64,000 nucleotides of DNA. It comes from an uncultured Flavobacteriaceae bacterium. GTDB taxonomy: Bacteria > Bacteroidota > Bacteroidia > Flavobacteriales > Flavobacteriaceae. The notes beneath the pieces were generated by a model, which was given only the letters and a program-made list of their open reading frames with translations, had not been told where the DNA came from and searched no databases. Position 1 is the first letter of the stretch; the number at the start of each line of letters is the position of its first letter. Shown one piece after another: positions 1 to 10,411 of the stretch. Both the position numbers and the translations under genes were made by a program. The stretch is taken from positions 20,074 through 84,073 of the forward strand of contig CAJIZF010000003.1 of assembly GCA_905181835.1 (NCBI GenBank), in the 5' to 3' direction.

Positions 1-808
1 CAGCTATAATTTTTTCTACGGTATCTGCATCTGATTCAATCCCTCCAGTAATAGTAATATCTCCTAAAGTTCTAAAGCGAATTTTTTTAGTTTTTATAGA
101 TTCATCATTTTGTAAGATTAAATGCTTTGAAACCGGTATCCATGAATCATTTCTCCATACCACATCTCTTTGGTGTGCTTTGTATAAAGAAGGTATCGCT
201 ATATTTTCTCTTTTGAGATAATTCCATACATCCATTTCTGTCCAATTACTAATTGGAAAAGCTCTAAAGTGCTCTCCTTCAAAATATTTACCGTTTAATA
301 TATTCCACAATTCAGGACGTTGATTTTTTGGATCCCATTGACCAAAATCATCTCTATGCGAAAAAAAACGTTCTTTTGCTCGTGCTTTTTCCTCATCTCT
401 TCTTCCTCCTCCTATTGCACAATCAATTTTATTATTCTCAATAGTATCCAATAAAGTCGTTATCTGTAGAGCATTTCTAGTAGCGTTTTTTCCTTTTTCT
501 TCTGAGACTCTTCCTTGGTCAATAGATTTTTGAACAGAGCCAACAATTAATTCTACTTCAAGTTGATTTATTAATTGATCTCTAAAATGAATCGTTTCAG
601 GGAAATTATGTCCAGTATCAACATGTAAAAATGAAAAAGGGATTTTAGAGGGATAAAAAGCTTTTTGTGCAAGGTGAGCAACCAATATAGAGTCTTTACC
701 TCCAGAAAATAATAATACTGGGTTCTGGAATTGAGCCCAAACTTCGCGAAGAATAAAAATAGCCTCAGATTCTAATTCGTCTAAATAGTTTAAATAGTAC
801 TTTTTCAT
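1..808 (-). CDS. cysD: Sulfate adenylyltransferase subunit 2 (CysD), 3' end runs off the left edge of the window
   Basis: My reverse-strand translation from the ATG at 808 gives MKKYYLNYLDELESEAIFILREVWAQFQNPVLLFSGGKDSILVAHL...HVDTGHNFPET. This is the PAPS-reductase-like/ATP-sulfurylase small-subunit signature (SGGKDS P-loop). It lies 1 nt downstream of the cysC stop. Confidence 0.9.
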   Translation of the reverse strand, partial: MKKYYLNYLDELESEAIFILREVWAQFQNPVLLFSGGKDSILVAHLAQKAFYPSKIPFSFLHVDTGHNFPETIHFRDQLINQLEVELIVGSVQKSIDQGRVSEEKGKNATRNALQITTLLDTIENNKIDCAIGGGRRDEEKARAKERFFSHRDDFGQWDPKNQRPELWNILNGKYFEGEHFRAFPISNWTEMDVWNYLKRENIAIPSLYKAHQRDVVWRNDSWIPVSKHLILQNDESIKTKKIRFRTLGDITITGGIESDADTVEKIIA

Positions 809-809
809 T

Positions 810-1406
810 TTAAATTAATTCTAATTTAGGTTTGATTTTTTGAATAATCAATTTTACGGCTTCTGCTATACCTGTTGTTGTGGTATCTATTTTTAAATCT
901 GGGTTTTCAGGGGTTTCATAAGGAGCACTTATTCCAGTAAAGTTTTTAATTAGTCCTTTTTCCGCTTTAATATAAAACCCTTTAGGATCTCTAGTTTTAC
1001 AAACCGCTAAGGGAGTATCAACAAAAATTTGAATAAAATTTTCATCCTTTACTGTATTTTTCACAAATTCTCTGTCATTTTTGTAGGGTGAAATGAATGC
1101 AGATAAAACTACTAAACCTCCGTCAATCATTAGACTTGAAACTTCAGCTATCCGTCTAATATTTTCTCTCCTATCAGCTGGAGAAAAAGATAAATCACTA
1201 TTCAAACCCTTTCTTACATTATCACCATCCAATAAATAAGTACTTATATTCATTTTATGCAGTTCTTTTTCAAGCGCATTAGCAATGGTAGATTTTCCCG
1301 AACCAGAAAGACCAGTAAACCAAATTAAAAAAGAACCATGATTGTTGAGTAGGCTTCTTTGGTTTTTTGAAACTGAAAACTGATTTGGAATTATATTTTC
1401 TTGCAT
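810..1406 (-). CDS. cysC: Adenylyl-sulfate (APS) kinase
   Basis: 198 aa with the Walker A motif [13 protein letters not shown] and the typical APS-kinase length. Its start overlaps the upstream stop (TAATG). Confidence 0.9.
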   Translation of the reverse strand: MQENIIPNQFSVSKNQRSLLNNHGSFLIWFTGLSGSGKSTIANALEKELHKMNISTYLLDGDNVRKGLNSDLSFSPADRRENIRRIAEVSSLMIDGGLVVLSAFISPYKNDREFVKNTVKDENFIQIFVDTPLAVCKTRDPKGFYIKAEKGLIKNFTGISAPYETPENPDLKIDTTTTGIAEAVKLIIQKIKPKLELI

Positions 1407-1837
1407 TAATTATTTTTTTTCTTTAGTCCTAAAGGAATTCTTATCCATATTCTTTCATGAAAGTAATAAAGTATAAATTTACTAATTAACTCCAACAAGG
1501 CAATAAAAAGTGCTATTTCATTAAATTCATTCAAAACAGCTCCTGATATTAAAAATGTAGTCGTTGTTGCTACCAATCGCCACGAAATGGTTTTTAGTAG
1601 AGATTGTTGTTTTGAAAATGTAAACGATTTAATAAATTGTAACCAAACTCTCTCGTGAGTATAATAAATTAATAATTTAATAAAAAACTCAATAACTCCA
1701 ATTTTTAACGCATTTTCAAAACTGCATTGGTCCACCAAACAAGTAATGACAAAGACCACTAAAAAAGTATCTGTAGTTGCTATAATGCGCCAAGAAATCC
1801 CTTTTACTATACTTCTTTCATGAGATTCATTAATCAT
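1406..1837 (-). CDS. DUF2061-type small membrane protein with an internal tandem duplication
   Basis: Two about 60-aa repeats each begin ISWR(I/L)(I/V)ATT.TF and end YY.HER.W. Both are hydrophobic. The gene is translationally coupled to cysC. Confidence 0.7.
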   Translation of the reverse strand: MINESHERSIVKGISWRIIATTDTFLVVFVITCLVDQCSFENALKIGVIEFFIKLLIYYTHERVWLQFIKSFTFSKQQSLLKTISWRLVATTTTFLISGAVLNEFNEIALFIALLELISKFILYYFHERIWIRIPLGLKKKNN

Positions 1838-1842
1838 ATTAT

Positions 1843-2655
1843 CTAATTAGACACTAAAAAATGTGGATTCAATAAATTCTGTTTGTTATATTTTAGTGGT
1901 TCATTTGTGGTTACATCGATTACTTTTACTCCTACAGCTTCACAAATAGCTTGACCTGCAGCCGTATCCCATTCCATTGTTGGAGCAAATCTTGGATAGA
2001 TTTCTGCTCCTCCTTCTGCCACGATACAAAATTTCAGGGAACTACCTTTTGAAACAATTTTAGTTTTATTTTTCTTTTCAATTTTCGAAATATAATTTTT
2101 AGTAGTGTCATTTAAATGCGATCTACTCCCAACAATTCTTAGAATATTGTTATTTTTTTCTGAAGGAAAAATTTCAACTGCATTATTAAAAATTTCATCG
2201 ATAATTATAATATTAGTTTTTAATGATGCTTTGTAAGATTTTGAAGAATTATCTGAGGTAAAGTATAAGGTTTTCGAAGCGGGTACATAAATAACACCAA
2301 TAATTGGTTTATTATTTTTTATTAAAGCGATGTTTACTGTAAACTCACCATTACGCTTAATAAATTCTTTTGTACCATCTAGAGGGTCAACAATCCAGCA
2401 TTGTTTCCAGTTTTTCCTTTCCTCATAAGTTAAAATTTTATTCTCTTCGCTTATAATGGGAATTTTAGATTTAACTAAGTGCTTGTTAATTATTTTGTTT
2501 GCGTTTTTGTCTGCCAAGGTAAGAGGAGATTCATCTTCTTTATAGACCACATCAATCTTGTTTGAATAAACTTTCATAATCGCTTCTCCAGCCTCCACAG
2601 AGGCAATAATAGCAATGCTTAAAAGTTCTTTCATATCAAAGAATTTAATAATCAA
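1843..2655 (-). CDS. cysQ: 3'(2'),5'-bisphosphate nucleotidase (CysQ, inositol monophosphatase family)
   Basis: IMPase-family motifs WIVDPLDGTKEF and EWDTAAG, in a cys-operon context. An alternative start exists at 2634 (MKELL). Confidence 0.85.
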   Translation of the reverse strand: MIIKFFDMKELLSIAIIASVEAGEAIMKVYSNKIDVVYKEDESPLTLADKNANKIINKHLVKSKIPIISEENKILTYEERKNWKQCWIVDPLDGTKEFIKRNGEFTVNIALIKNNKPIIGVIYVPASKTLYFTSDNSSKSYKASLKTNIIIIDEIFNNAVEIFPSEKNNNILRIVGSRSHLNDTTKNYISKIEKKNKTKIVSKGSSLKFCIVAEGGAEIYPRFAPTMEWDTAAGQAICEAVGVKVIDVTTNEPLKYNKQNLLNPHFLVSN

Positions 2656-2793
2656 ATTTACAAAAAACGAATCATTAATTAAGTGACTTTTTTCAGTAAA
2701 TGAATAAATAAAATTTAAGGATTCTTTTTGTTTGACTCGAAAAATCTCCTCTTAAATAAATCCCAAAGAATTTTATTAACCTAGTATTTAAGT

Positions 2794-2801
2794 TATTTTT
2801 G
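2794..2801 (+). promoter_or_regulatory. Candidate Bacteroidota -7 promoter box (TATTTTTG matches TAnnTTTG)
   Basis: The motif lies about 20 nt upstream of the ATG at 2823. Confidence 0.35.
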
Positions 2802-2822
2802 TAATCACTTAAAATTAGTACT

Positions 2823-3938
2823 ATGAAATATCTATCTATATTATTTTCGACCCTTCTGCTGTTTGCATGTAATTCAAATAGTGATACTTACACTTTGAGC
2901 GGGAAAGCAATAGGTTTTGAAGATGGCACCAAAATAATCGTCAGCGAAGTAATAAATAATCAGCCAAAAGCAATAGACACTCTAGAAATCCAATCAGAGT
3001 CATTTATTGGTGAATATCCAAATAGTGAGGTTTTAAAACTAAACTTACTTCAGGTAGAAAATATGAAATCGACTATTTTATATTTTCCGGAAAATATAAA
3101 TTTGAAAGCAACCATCTTCAAAGATAGTATCAATTCATCTTTCGTTAAAGGAGGAGCTCAAAATGATTCCTACCAAGTATTTACCGCTCAATTAAAGAGA
3201 TTCAATAAAATAAAAAGCGAAAAAGCACAGCTATTTAAACAAGCCAGAAGAGAACAAGATGGAATACTAGCTCAAAACTTACAATTAGAACTGAATAACG
3301 TTGCTGTTGAAGAAAATGATTATAAAATTAAATATGTAACTGAAAATCCTAATTCATTATTTTCAGTTTTATTACTAACAGAATTAGTAAGTAAAAAAGA
3401 AATTTCTAGTGTAGATGCTACTAAAATCATTAATTCTTACAGTCCAAAAATAGCAGCCTCTTCAAGTTCTAAAACCTTAAAAAATACTATTGCTGCCATG
3501 AAGAAGGCAGAGGTTGGTGGGCTTGCTCCTGACTTTTCAGCCCCTACTCCCTCTGGAGAAAATCTAGCATTAAGTGACGTTTTAGGAAAATATACAATTA
3601 TTGATTTTTGGGCTTCTTGGTGTAAACCTTGTAGAAGAGAAAATCCAAATGTGGTAAATGTATACAACCAATACCACGATAAAGGATTGAATATTATAAG
3701 TGTTTCATTAGACAAAGCAGGCCAAGAAAAACGGTGGTTAAAAGCTATTGAAACGGACCAAATGAACTGGGAACATGTTTCTAATTTAAAAGGATGGAAC
3801 GAACCTATTGCTAAAATGTACAATGTACGCTCAATACCCGCTACTTTTTTATTGGATGAGAACGGAACTATTATTGCAAAAAATTTAAGAGGACCAGCGC
3901 TAGGTCAAAAAATAGCTTCTTTATTAGACAATAATTAA
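2823..3938 (+). CDS. TlpA/AhpC-TSA family thiol-disulfide oxidoreductase lipoprotein
   Basis: Lipobox LLLFAC and a C-terminal thioredoxin fold with the WASWCKPCRRENP (CxxC) motif. Confidence 0.85.
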   Translation: MKYLSILFSTLLLFACNSNSDTYTLSGKAIGFEDGTKIIVSEVINNQPKAIDTLEIQSESFIGEYPNSEVLKLNLLQVENMKSTILYFPENINLKATIFKDSINSSFVKGGAQNDSYQVFTAQLKRFNKIKSEKAQLFKQARREQDGILAQNLQLELNNVAVEENDYKIKYVTENPNSLFSVLLLTELVSKKEISSVDATKIINSYSPKIAASSSSKTLKNTIAAMKKAEVGGLAPDFSAPTPSGENLALSDVLGKYTIIDFWASWCKPCRRENPNVVNVYNQYHDKGLNIISVSLDKAGQEKRWLKAIETDQMNWEHVSNLKGWNEPIAKMYNVRSIPATFLLDENGTIIAKNLRGPALGQKIASLLDNN

Positions 3939-3963
3939 ATTCCTTATCGAGTGTTCTGCTATT

Positions 3964-4638
3964 TTATATTTTTTTTAATTTAATTAAAATAAATAATAAT
4001 AATAAAGGGACCGATAATAGAGCGACAATCCATAGTTGAGTTTCGATCAGTGATGGAGCCATAAGAATCGTTAAAAAATAACCCGCTAATGCTCCTCCAA
4101 AATGTGCGTCATGTCCTATATTTCCTAGACTATTTTTCATACCATAAATAGAATATAATAAATATAAGATACCGAACAACCAAGCAGGTATTGGAATGGG
4201 TATAAAAAATAAGTACAAACTCATATTGGGATAAAATAAAATAGCTGAATATAAGATTCCAGATACCGCACCACTGGCCCCGATGGCACTGTAATGAAGT
4301 TCATTTTTATGAAAGTAAAAAGAAAGAAAATTACCAACCAACAAACTAGCTAAGTAGATTAACACAAAATTGGTTGCACCAACGGATGATAGTACAACAT
4401 TTGCAAAAAAATACAGGGTTAACATATTAAATAATAAATGAGAAAAATCCAGATGTAAAAAACCGGAACTAAACATTCTAAATTGTTCTCCCCTTCGAAT
4501 AGCACCAATATTAAATTTATATTTTTCGAAAAACGAATAATCTTTAAATCCTTTCATTGAAACCAATACATTTGCTGCAATAATGACAACTGTTACTAGA
4601 TGCATATTTCCCATAAACTTTATTCTATAATAAAACAA
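3964..4638 (-). CDS. Rhomboid family intramembrane serine protease
   Basis: Polytopic membrane protein with GASGAVSG (catalytic Ser) and HDAHFGGALAG (catalytic His). The start is ambiguous, with Met codons also at 4614 and 4605. Confidence 0.8.
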   Translation of the reverse strand: MFYYRIKFMGNMHLVTVVIIAANVLVSMKGFKDYSFFEKYKFNIGAIRRGEQFRMFSSGFLHLDFSHLLFNMLTLYFFANVVLSSVGATNFVLIYLASLLVGNFLSFYFHKNELHYSAIGASGAVSGILYSAILFYPNMSLYLFFIPIPIPAWLFGILYLLYSIYGMKNSLGNIGHDAHFGGALAGYFLTILMAPSLIETQLWIVALLSVPLLLLFILIKLKKI

Positions 4639-4648
4639 TAAAATTAGT

Positions 4649-4656
4649 TAGTTTTG
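4649..4656 (+). promoter_or_regulatory. Candidate -7 promoter box (TAGTTTTG)
   Basis: Matches TAnnTTTG and lies 15 nt upstream of the ATG at 4671. Confidence 0.35.
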
Positions 4657-4670
4657 CTGTAAATTACACT

Positions 4671-5561
4671 ATGCAATTACTAATTTATATTTTAGTTTAT
4701 CCTTTTTTATGGATTATGTCTATACTACCCACTAGGGTATTGTATGGATTTTCCAATTTTTTGTTTTTTGTAGTTTATTACCTATTTAATTATAGAAAAA
4801 AAGTAGTTCGTGAAAATTTATGCTTATGCTTTCCCAAAAAATCATTGCATGAAATAAAATCCATTGAAAAAAAATTCTTTCAGCATTTATGTGATATGTT
4901 TGTAGAATCGATAAAGTCGATCAGCATCTCGGAAGCAGAAATTAGAAAACGATATAAGTTTACCAATATTGAGGAAATCAATAAAATTGAAGCTGCTAAC
5001 AAAAGTATCCTGCTTATGTGTGCTCATTACGGAAGTTGGGAATGGATATTTATAATTCAAAGGTATGTTACTACTGATGGATATGCAATTTATAAAAAAA
5101 TAGAAAATAAATATTTTGATCAACTCGTTAGAAAAATTAGAGCGAAATACAACACTAACTTAATCACTAATAAAGAAACTTTTACTAGTATGAGAGAGCA
5201 TAAAAGGTTGGGTAAAAAAGGGATTTATGGTTTTTTATCAGATCAATCTCCAAAATTAAAAAGCGCGTATCATTGGAGGGAGTTTATGAATATAAAAGTA
5301 CCAGTGCATACGGGGGCTGAAAAACTTGCAAAGGAGTTAGATTTAGCAATCGTATTTTTTAAAACTAAAAAAGTAAAAAGAGGCTATTACGAGACCACTT
5401 TTAAAACGGTTACTTTAAACCCTAATGAATTTGAAAATTATCAAATAACAGATTTATTTATCAACTACTTGGAGGATATGATTCATGAAGAACCTGCTTA
5501 TTATTTATGGACCCACAAACGTTGGAAACACAGAAATAATGTTCCAAAAGAATTTCAATAA
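4671..5561 (+). CDS. Lipid A biosynthesis (LpxL/HtrB-family) lysophospholipid acyltransferase
   Basis: N-terminal TM helix, an H(x)4(D/E)-like motif CAHYGSWEW, and a typical length of 296 aa. Confidence 0.7.
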   Translation: MQLLIYILVYPFLWIMSILPTRVLYGFSNFLFFVVYYLFNYRKKVVRENLCLCFPKKSLHEIKSIEKKFFQHLCDMFVESIKSISISEAEIRKRYKFTNIEEINKIEAANKSILLMCAHYGSWEWIFIIQRYVTTDGYAIYKKIENKYFDQLVRKIRAKYNTNLITNKETFTSMREHKRLGKKGIYGFLSDQSPKLKSAYHWREFMNIKVPVHTGAEKLAKELDLAIVFFKTKKVKRGYYETTFKTVTLNPNEFENYQITDLFINYLEDMIHEEPAYYLWTHKRWKHRNNVPKEFQ

Positions 5562-5567
5562 AAGACA

Positions 5568-6953
5568 TTAATCAGCGATTAATTTAATTTCGTTAATCAT
5601 TTTATCGGCTAAAAGATTGGCTTCTTCCTGAGATTTTGCTTCGGTATAAATTCTTATAATAGGTTCGGTATTTGACTTTCTTAAGTGTACCCAGTTTTCT
5701 TCAAAGTCTATCTTTACTCCGTCTATTGTATTAATTTCTTCGGAAGCGTATTTTTGCTCCATCGTCTTTAAAATTCTGTCAACATCTAATTGAGGTGTTA
5801 ATTGAATTTTTTTCTTGCTCATAAAATAAGAAGTATAGGTTTTTCTCAGCGAACTTACCGAGGTTTTTAGGTCTGCTAAATAACTTAAAAACAATGCGAT
5901 TCCCACCAAGCTATCTCTACCATAGTGCAATTCTGGATAAATAATACCTCCATTTCCTTCGCCGCCAATTACCGCATTGGTTTCTTTCATTTTTGCAACT
6001 ACATTCACCTCTCCTACTGCGCTGGCCATATAGGTTCCGTTTCTCTTTTTAGTAATATCATTTAAAGCTCGCGACGAAGACATATTAGAAACCGTATTTC
6101 CTGGAGTGTGCTGCAACACATAGTCCGCAACTGCTACCAAGGTATATTCTTCGCCAAACATATTGCCGTTTTCATCTACAAAAGCCAAACGATCTACATC
6201 TGGATCTACTACGATACCAAAATCAGCGTGTTTATCTACTACCATATCCATTAAATCGCCCAAATGTTCCTTTAAAGGTTCTGGGTTGTGAGGAAACTCA
6301 CCGTTAGGAGTACAATACAACTTTACTGGTTCAACACCTAAGGCTTCTAAGAGAGCCGGTACTGCAATACCACCCGTTGAATTAACACCATCTACAACCA
6401 CTTTAAATTTTGCTTTTTTTATAGCCTCAACATTCACGAGCGGTAAGTCTAAAATTTCATCTATGTGCAAATCTATATAGGCATGGTTGGTCGTTATTTT
6501 TCCCAAATTGTCCACCTCAGAAAAATCGATTGGTTCATTTTCTGCAATATCCAATATCATTTGACCTTCCTTAGCATTTAAAAACTCCCCTTTATGATTT
6601 AACAATTTAAGAGCATTCCATTGTTTTGGGTTGTGACTTGCGGTTAGTATAATTCCTCCATCGGCATGATCCAATACTACAGCAACTTCAACAGTTGGCG
6701 TAGTTGATAAATCTAAATCTACTACATGAATACCCAAACCTACTAAAGTATTCATCACTAATTGTTGCATCATATGCCCTGATATACGCGCATCTCTACC
6801 AACTACCACTTTATAATGATCTTTAGCTGCTTGTTGTTTTAGCCAACAACCGTAGGCAGCTGCATATTTTACAACATCTAAAGGGGTTAAGTTCTCTCCT
6901 TGTTTTCCTCCAATAGTTCCTCTAATACCAGAAATAGACTTAATTAATGTCAT
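5568..6953 (-). CDS. glmM: Phosphoglucosamine mutase
   Basis: Motifs SISGIRG, the active-site TASHNPKQWNALK, and DPDVDR. The start is placed at MTLIKSISG. Confidence 0.9.
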   Translation of the reverse strand: MTLIKSISGIRGTIGGKQGENLTPLDVVKYAAAYGCWLKQQAAKDHYKVVVGRDARISGHMMQQLVMNTLVGLGIHVVDLDLSTTPTVEVAVVLDHADGGIILTASHNPKQWNALKLLNHKGEFLNAKEGQMILDIAENEPIDFSEVDNLGKITTNHAYIDLHIDEILDLPLVNVEAIKKAKFKVVVDGVNSTGGIAVPALLEALGVEPVKLYCTPNGEFPHNPEPLKEHLGDLMDMVVDKHADFGIVVDPDVDRLAFVDENGNMFGEEYTLVAVADYVLQHTPGNTVSNMSSSRALNDITKKRNGTYMASAVGEVNVVAKMKETNAVIGGEGNGGIIYPELHYGRDSLVGIALFLSYLADLKTSVSSLRKTYTSYFMSKKKIQLTPQLDVDRILKTMEQKYASEEINTIDGVKIDFEENWVHLRKSNTEPIIRIYTEAKSQEEANLLADKMINEIKLIAD

Positions 6954-7070
6954 CCTATAAATTTTAAACAAAGATACTTTTAAATCATAAAAACTTCATA
7001 AGCATTTTGTAATTTGTGAAAGTATTTTTTTAAATTTAATAAATCATTTAATGTTTAATTTAGAGTTAAA

Positions 7071-7664
7071 GTGAACTATTTAGCACATATTTATTTATCT
7101 AATGAGGAAGGAGAAATTACCTTAGGTAATTTTATTGCAGATGGTGTAAAAGGAAAAAAGTTTATTCAATTTCCTTTGGGTATTCAACAGGGGATTTTAT
7201 TACACCGAGCAATTGATAGTTTTACCGATACCCACCCTATTGTAAGAAAAAGCACGAAGCGATTGCATAAAAAACATGGTCACTATAGCGGGGTTATTGT
7301 TGATATACTGTATGATCACTTTTTAGCAAAAAATTGGACGCAATACCATTCAGTTCCCTTACACAAATACATAGAAAATTTTTATAACTTTATCATTTCT
7401 AATTTTGACAGTTTACCCCCTAGAATTCAAAAGATGATGCCTTATATGATTGAGCAAAATTGGTTATTAAGTTATGCTTCAATCGAAGGAATAGGTGAAA
7501 TTCTTGACCAAATGAATCGACGAACAAATAACAAATCAAAAATGAATTTAGCGGTCTTAGAATTAACTACTTATTACAAGGAGTTTGAAGAAGAGTTTAC
7601 TTTATTTTTTAAAGACTTAAAAAAATATTCAAAAAACAAAATAATAGAATTAAAAAATTTATGA
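7071..7664 (+). CDS. acpH: Acyl carrier protein phosphodiesterase (AcpH family)
   Basis: The N-terminus [10 protein letters not shown] is characteristic of AcpH. GTG start, 197 aa. Confidence 0.7.
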   Translation: MNYLAHIYLSNEEGEITLGNFIADGVKGKKFIQFPLGIQQGILLHRAIDSFTDTHPIVRKSTKRLHKKHGHYSGVIVDILYDHFLAKNWTQYHSVPLHKYIENFYNFIISNFDSLPPRIQKMMPYMIEQNWLLSYASIEGIGEILDQMNRRTNNKSKMNLAVLELTTYYKEFEEEFTLFFKDLKKYSKNKIIELKNL

Positions 7665-9394
7665 GGCGATTCATTATTATCATAACAGCTCTTCTATTTA
7701 TTAGCTGTAACGAAGACTCTAAACAAAAACATTTAGTTTTAAATACTGAAATTACAACTGAACTTACTAAAGAATCAAAGCAAGGTTTAATTGTGGATAG
7801 TGCGATGGTGGTATCTGCTAGAGCAGAAGCTTCAAAAATTGGTGTTGACATTATGAAATTGGGAGGTAATGCATTCGATGCCATGATCGCTACAGAATTA
7901 GCTTTGGCTGTAACCTATCCTGTAGCTGGAAATATCGCTGGTGGTGGATTTATGGTTTATCGAACCCAAAATGGAGCGGTTGGTGCCCTAGATTATAGGG
8001 AGAAAGCTCCTCTTAGAGCTACAAGAAATATGTATTTAGATAAAAAAGGAGATTTTATTTCCGAAAAAAGTAAGCTTGGTGCACTGGCAGTTGGGGTTCC
8101 AGGAACTGTAGCAGGAATATTTGAAGTTTATAAAAAGTTTGGCTCTTTACCTTTAGATCAACTATTTAAACCTGTTATCGATTTGGCAAAAAACGGATAC
8201 ATTGTCACTAGTAAACAAGCATCAAGACTGAATCAATTCAAGAAAATCATAAAAGACGTTAATTCAGAGGAGTCACTGTATACTCAAAATTACAAAGAAG
8301 GCGATACTCTGAAAAATGTGGCATTAGCAAATACCCTAATTCGAATTTCTAAAAATGGTAGAAAAGAATTTTATGAAGGAGAAACCGCAAGAACTATGGT
8401 CGATTATTTAGATTCAAAAAATGGAATTATCACTTTAAAAGATTTTAAAGCCTATGAAGCGATCTGGAGAGAACCTATTGTTTTTAACTATAAAGATTTA
8501 AAAATTATATCGATGTCTCCTCCTTCCAGTGGTGGCATTTGTTTGGCTCAAATTTTAAAACTTATCGAACCCTACCCGATTAAAGATTATGGCCATAATA
8601 CTGCTAAAACAATACAATTAATTACGGAGGCAGAACGAAGAGCCTATGCTGACAGAAGTTTTTATCTTGGAGATCCAGATTTTATAAAAATTCCTTCAAA
8701 AAAATTAATAAGCACCGATTATTTAAAGGGAAGGATGGAACAATTTTCCTTTGAAAAAGCGACCGATTCAGAAAGCTTAAGTTACGGGAGTATTCCTAGT
8801 TTTGAAAGCTCAGAAACCACTCATTACTCCATTGTTGATCCTTATGGGAATGCAATAGCAGTAACGACTACTTTAAATGGCGCTTATGGTTCCAAATTAT
8901 ATGTAAATCAACTTGGCTTTTTTTTAAATAACGAAATGGATGACTTTAGCGCAAAACCAGGAGAACCAAACATGTTTGGATTAATTGGAGGCGAAGCCAA
9001 TGCGATTGAACCCCAGAAAAGAATGCTTAGTTCAATGACGCCCACTTTGATCGAAAAAAACAATACATTTTGGATGAGCTTGGGCACTCCAGGAGGCTCA
9101 ACCATTATCACATCGGTTTTACAAACCGTATTAAATGTATATGAATATGGGATGACAATGCAACAAGCTGTCGATGCTCCTAGGTTTCATCATCAGTGGT
9201 TACCAGATGTAGTGACCTTTGAATCCGATTCTTTTTCTAGCCAATTAGTAGATTCGTTAAAAAACAAGGGATATAAAACGCAATCAAAAGCAGGTACGGT
9301 CATAGGTAAAGTCGATGCCATAAGAGTACTGCCAAATGGGAAGCTTGAAGGAGGTGCCGACAAGCGGGGTGATGACACAGCAGCAGGTTATTAA
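7661..9394 (+). CDS. ggt: Gamma-glutamyltransferase, lipoprotein
   Basis: Lipobox LLFISC, an autoprocessing/catalytic Thr context [12 protein letters not shown], and [11 protein letters not shown]. It overlaps the acpH stop by 4 nt (ATGA). Confidence 0.9.
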   Translation: MRRFIIIITALLFISCNEDSKQKHLVLNTEITTELTKESKQGLIVDSAMVVSARAEASKIGVDIMKLGGNAFDAMIATELALAVTYPVAGNIAGGGFMVYRTQNGAVGALDYREKAPLRATRNMYLDKKGDFISEKSKLGALAVGVPGTVAGIFEVYKKFGSLPLDQLFKPVIDLAKNGYIVTSKQASRLNQFKKIIKDVNSEESLYTQNYKEGDTLKNVALANTLIRISKNGRKEFYEGETARTMVDYLDSKNGIITLKDFKAYEAIWREPIVFNYKDLKIISMSPPSSGGICLAQILKLIEPYPIKDYGHNTAKTIQLITEAERRAYADRSFYLGDPDFIKIPSKKLISTDYLKGRMEQFSFEKATDSESLSYGSIPSFESSETTHYSIVDPYGNAIAVTTTLNGAYGSKLYVNQLGFFLNNEMDDFSAKPGEPNMFGLIGGEANAIEPQKRMLSSMTPTLIEKNNTFWMSLGTPGGSTIITSVLQTVLNVYEYGMTMQQAVDAPRFHHQWLPDVVTFESDSFSSQLVDSLKNKGYKTQSKAGTVIGKVDAIRVLPNGKLEGGADKRGDDTAAGY

Positions 9395-9432
9395 TTGTAA
9401 ATCAATAATTTATCTAGTTGCCAAATAAAGAA

Positions 9433-9828
9433 TTAATCACAAGAAACCTTTATCAAATTAGAAGCGTCAAATCCTAAGATTTCTGCTTTACGAGCATCTT
9501 CACATGCGCCAAGTTTATCTTTTAAAAAATAAAATTTTAAAACACCTCTATTATTATAGGCCTTTGCATAATTAGCATTCAATTTAATTGCTTTGGTGTA
9601 CTCAACGATTGCCCCTTGGTAATCATTTAAGTTTTGTTTAGATATACCTTTATTTAAATAGGTTTCAGCATTAGGAACTTCATCAGCAAGTACTACTTTT
9701 TTCTGTATTTCTTGTGTTTCAATTTTTTCATCTGTATCTGATTTCAGTTTATCATTACAAGATATTATTATAAAAGTAGAAGCCACCAAGTAGAAAGCAT
9801 TCTTAATAATTTTCGATTTATTAAACAT
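9433..9828 (-). CDS. TPR-repeat lipoprotein
   Basis: Probable true start MFNKSK... followed by the lipobox IIISC. TPR-like segment YQGAIVEYTKAIKLNANYAKAYNNRG. Confidence 0.6.
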   Translation of the reverse strand: MFNKSKIIKNAFYLVASTFIIISCNDKLKSDTDEKIETQEIQKKVVLADEVPNAETYLNKGISKQNLNDYQGAIVEYTKAIKLNANYAKAYNNRGVLKFYFLKDKLGACEDARKAEILGFDASNLIKVSCD

Positions 9829-9853
9829 AATTTTCTTTATTAATTGATTAATA

Positions 9854-10393
9854 TTAATCATTTTTCTTTCTAATTTTTTTATAAAGCCGAACACTTAACA
9901 TCAATAATATACCAAACAATACAATACCAAACACGCCCCAAATCCATGAAATTGCACTTTTTAAAACCACCAAAAATACAATTGCAAATAGTAATAGGGT
10001 AGCTACTTCGTTCCAAACTCTCAACCTAAAAGAATTGTATTTTACAATTCCATTTTGTTGTTGATGATAAATTTTTTGGCATATAGCATGGTATAGGTAA
10101 AGAGCAAAAACAAAAGACAATTTAACCAACATCCAAGGTTCTGATAGGTAATAAGGATTTAAATACAACATCCAAAATGCAAATAAACTCGCTAGAATTG
10201 CCGATGGCCAGGTAATAATATACCACAAGCGCTTGCTCATAATTTTATATTGAATTTGCAAAATTGACTTTGAAGGTTCTTCTTTATCTTCTGCTTCGGC
10301 ATAATATATAAAAAGCCTAACACTATAAAATAGACCTGCAAACCATGTTATTACAAAAATAATATGTAAAGCCTTTAAGTATAAAATATGCAT
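9854..10393 (-). CDS. hemJ: Protoporphyrinogen IX oxidase, HemJ type (UPF0093/CopD-like)
   Basis: 179-aa protein with about 4 to 5 TM helices. The N-terminus YLKALHIIFVITWFAGLFY is typical of HemJ. It is adjacent to hemH. Confidence 0.7.
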   Translation of the reverse strand: MHILYLKALHIIFVITWFAGLFYSVRLFIYYAEAEDKEEPSKSILQIQYKIMSKRLWYIITWPSAILASLFAFWMLYLNPYYLSEPWMLVKLSFVFALYLYHAICQKIYHQQQNGIVKYNSFRLRVWNEVATLLLFAIVFLVVLKSAISWIWGVFGIVLFGILLMLSVRLYKKIRKKND

Positions 10394-10411
10394 CTTATTG
10401 TTTTTACTATG

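Noticed and set aside
3437-3823. A 128-aa minus-strand ORF.
   Set aside because: It lies entirely inside, and antisense to, the thioredoxin-fold part of the TlpA-like gene. It has no recognisable motifs.
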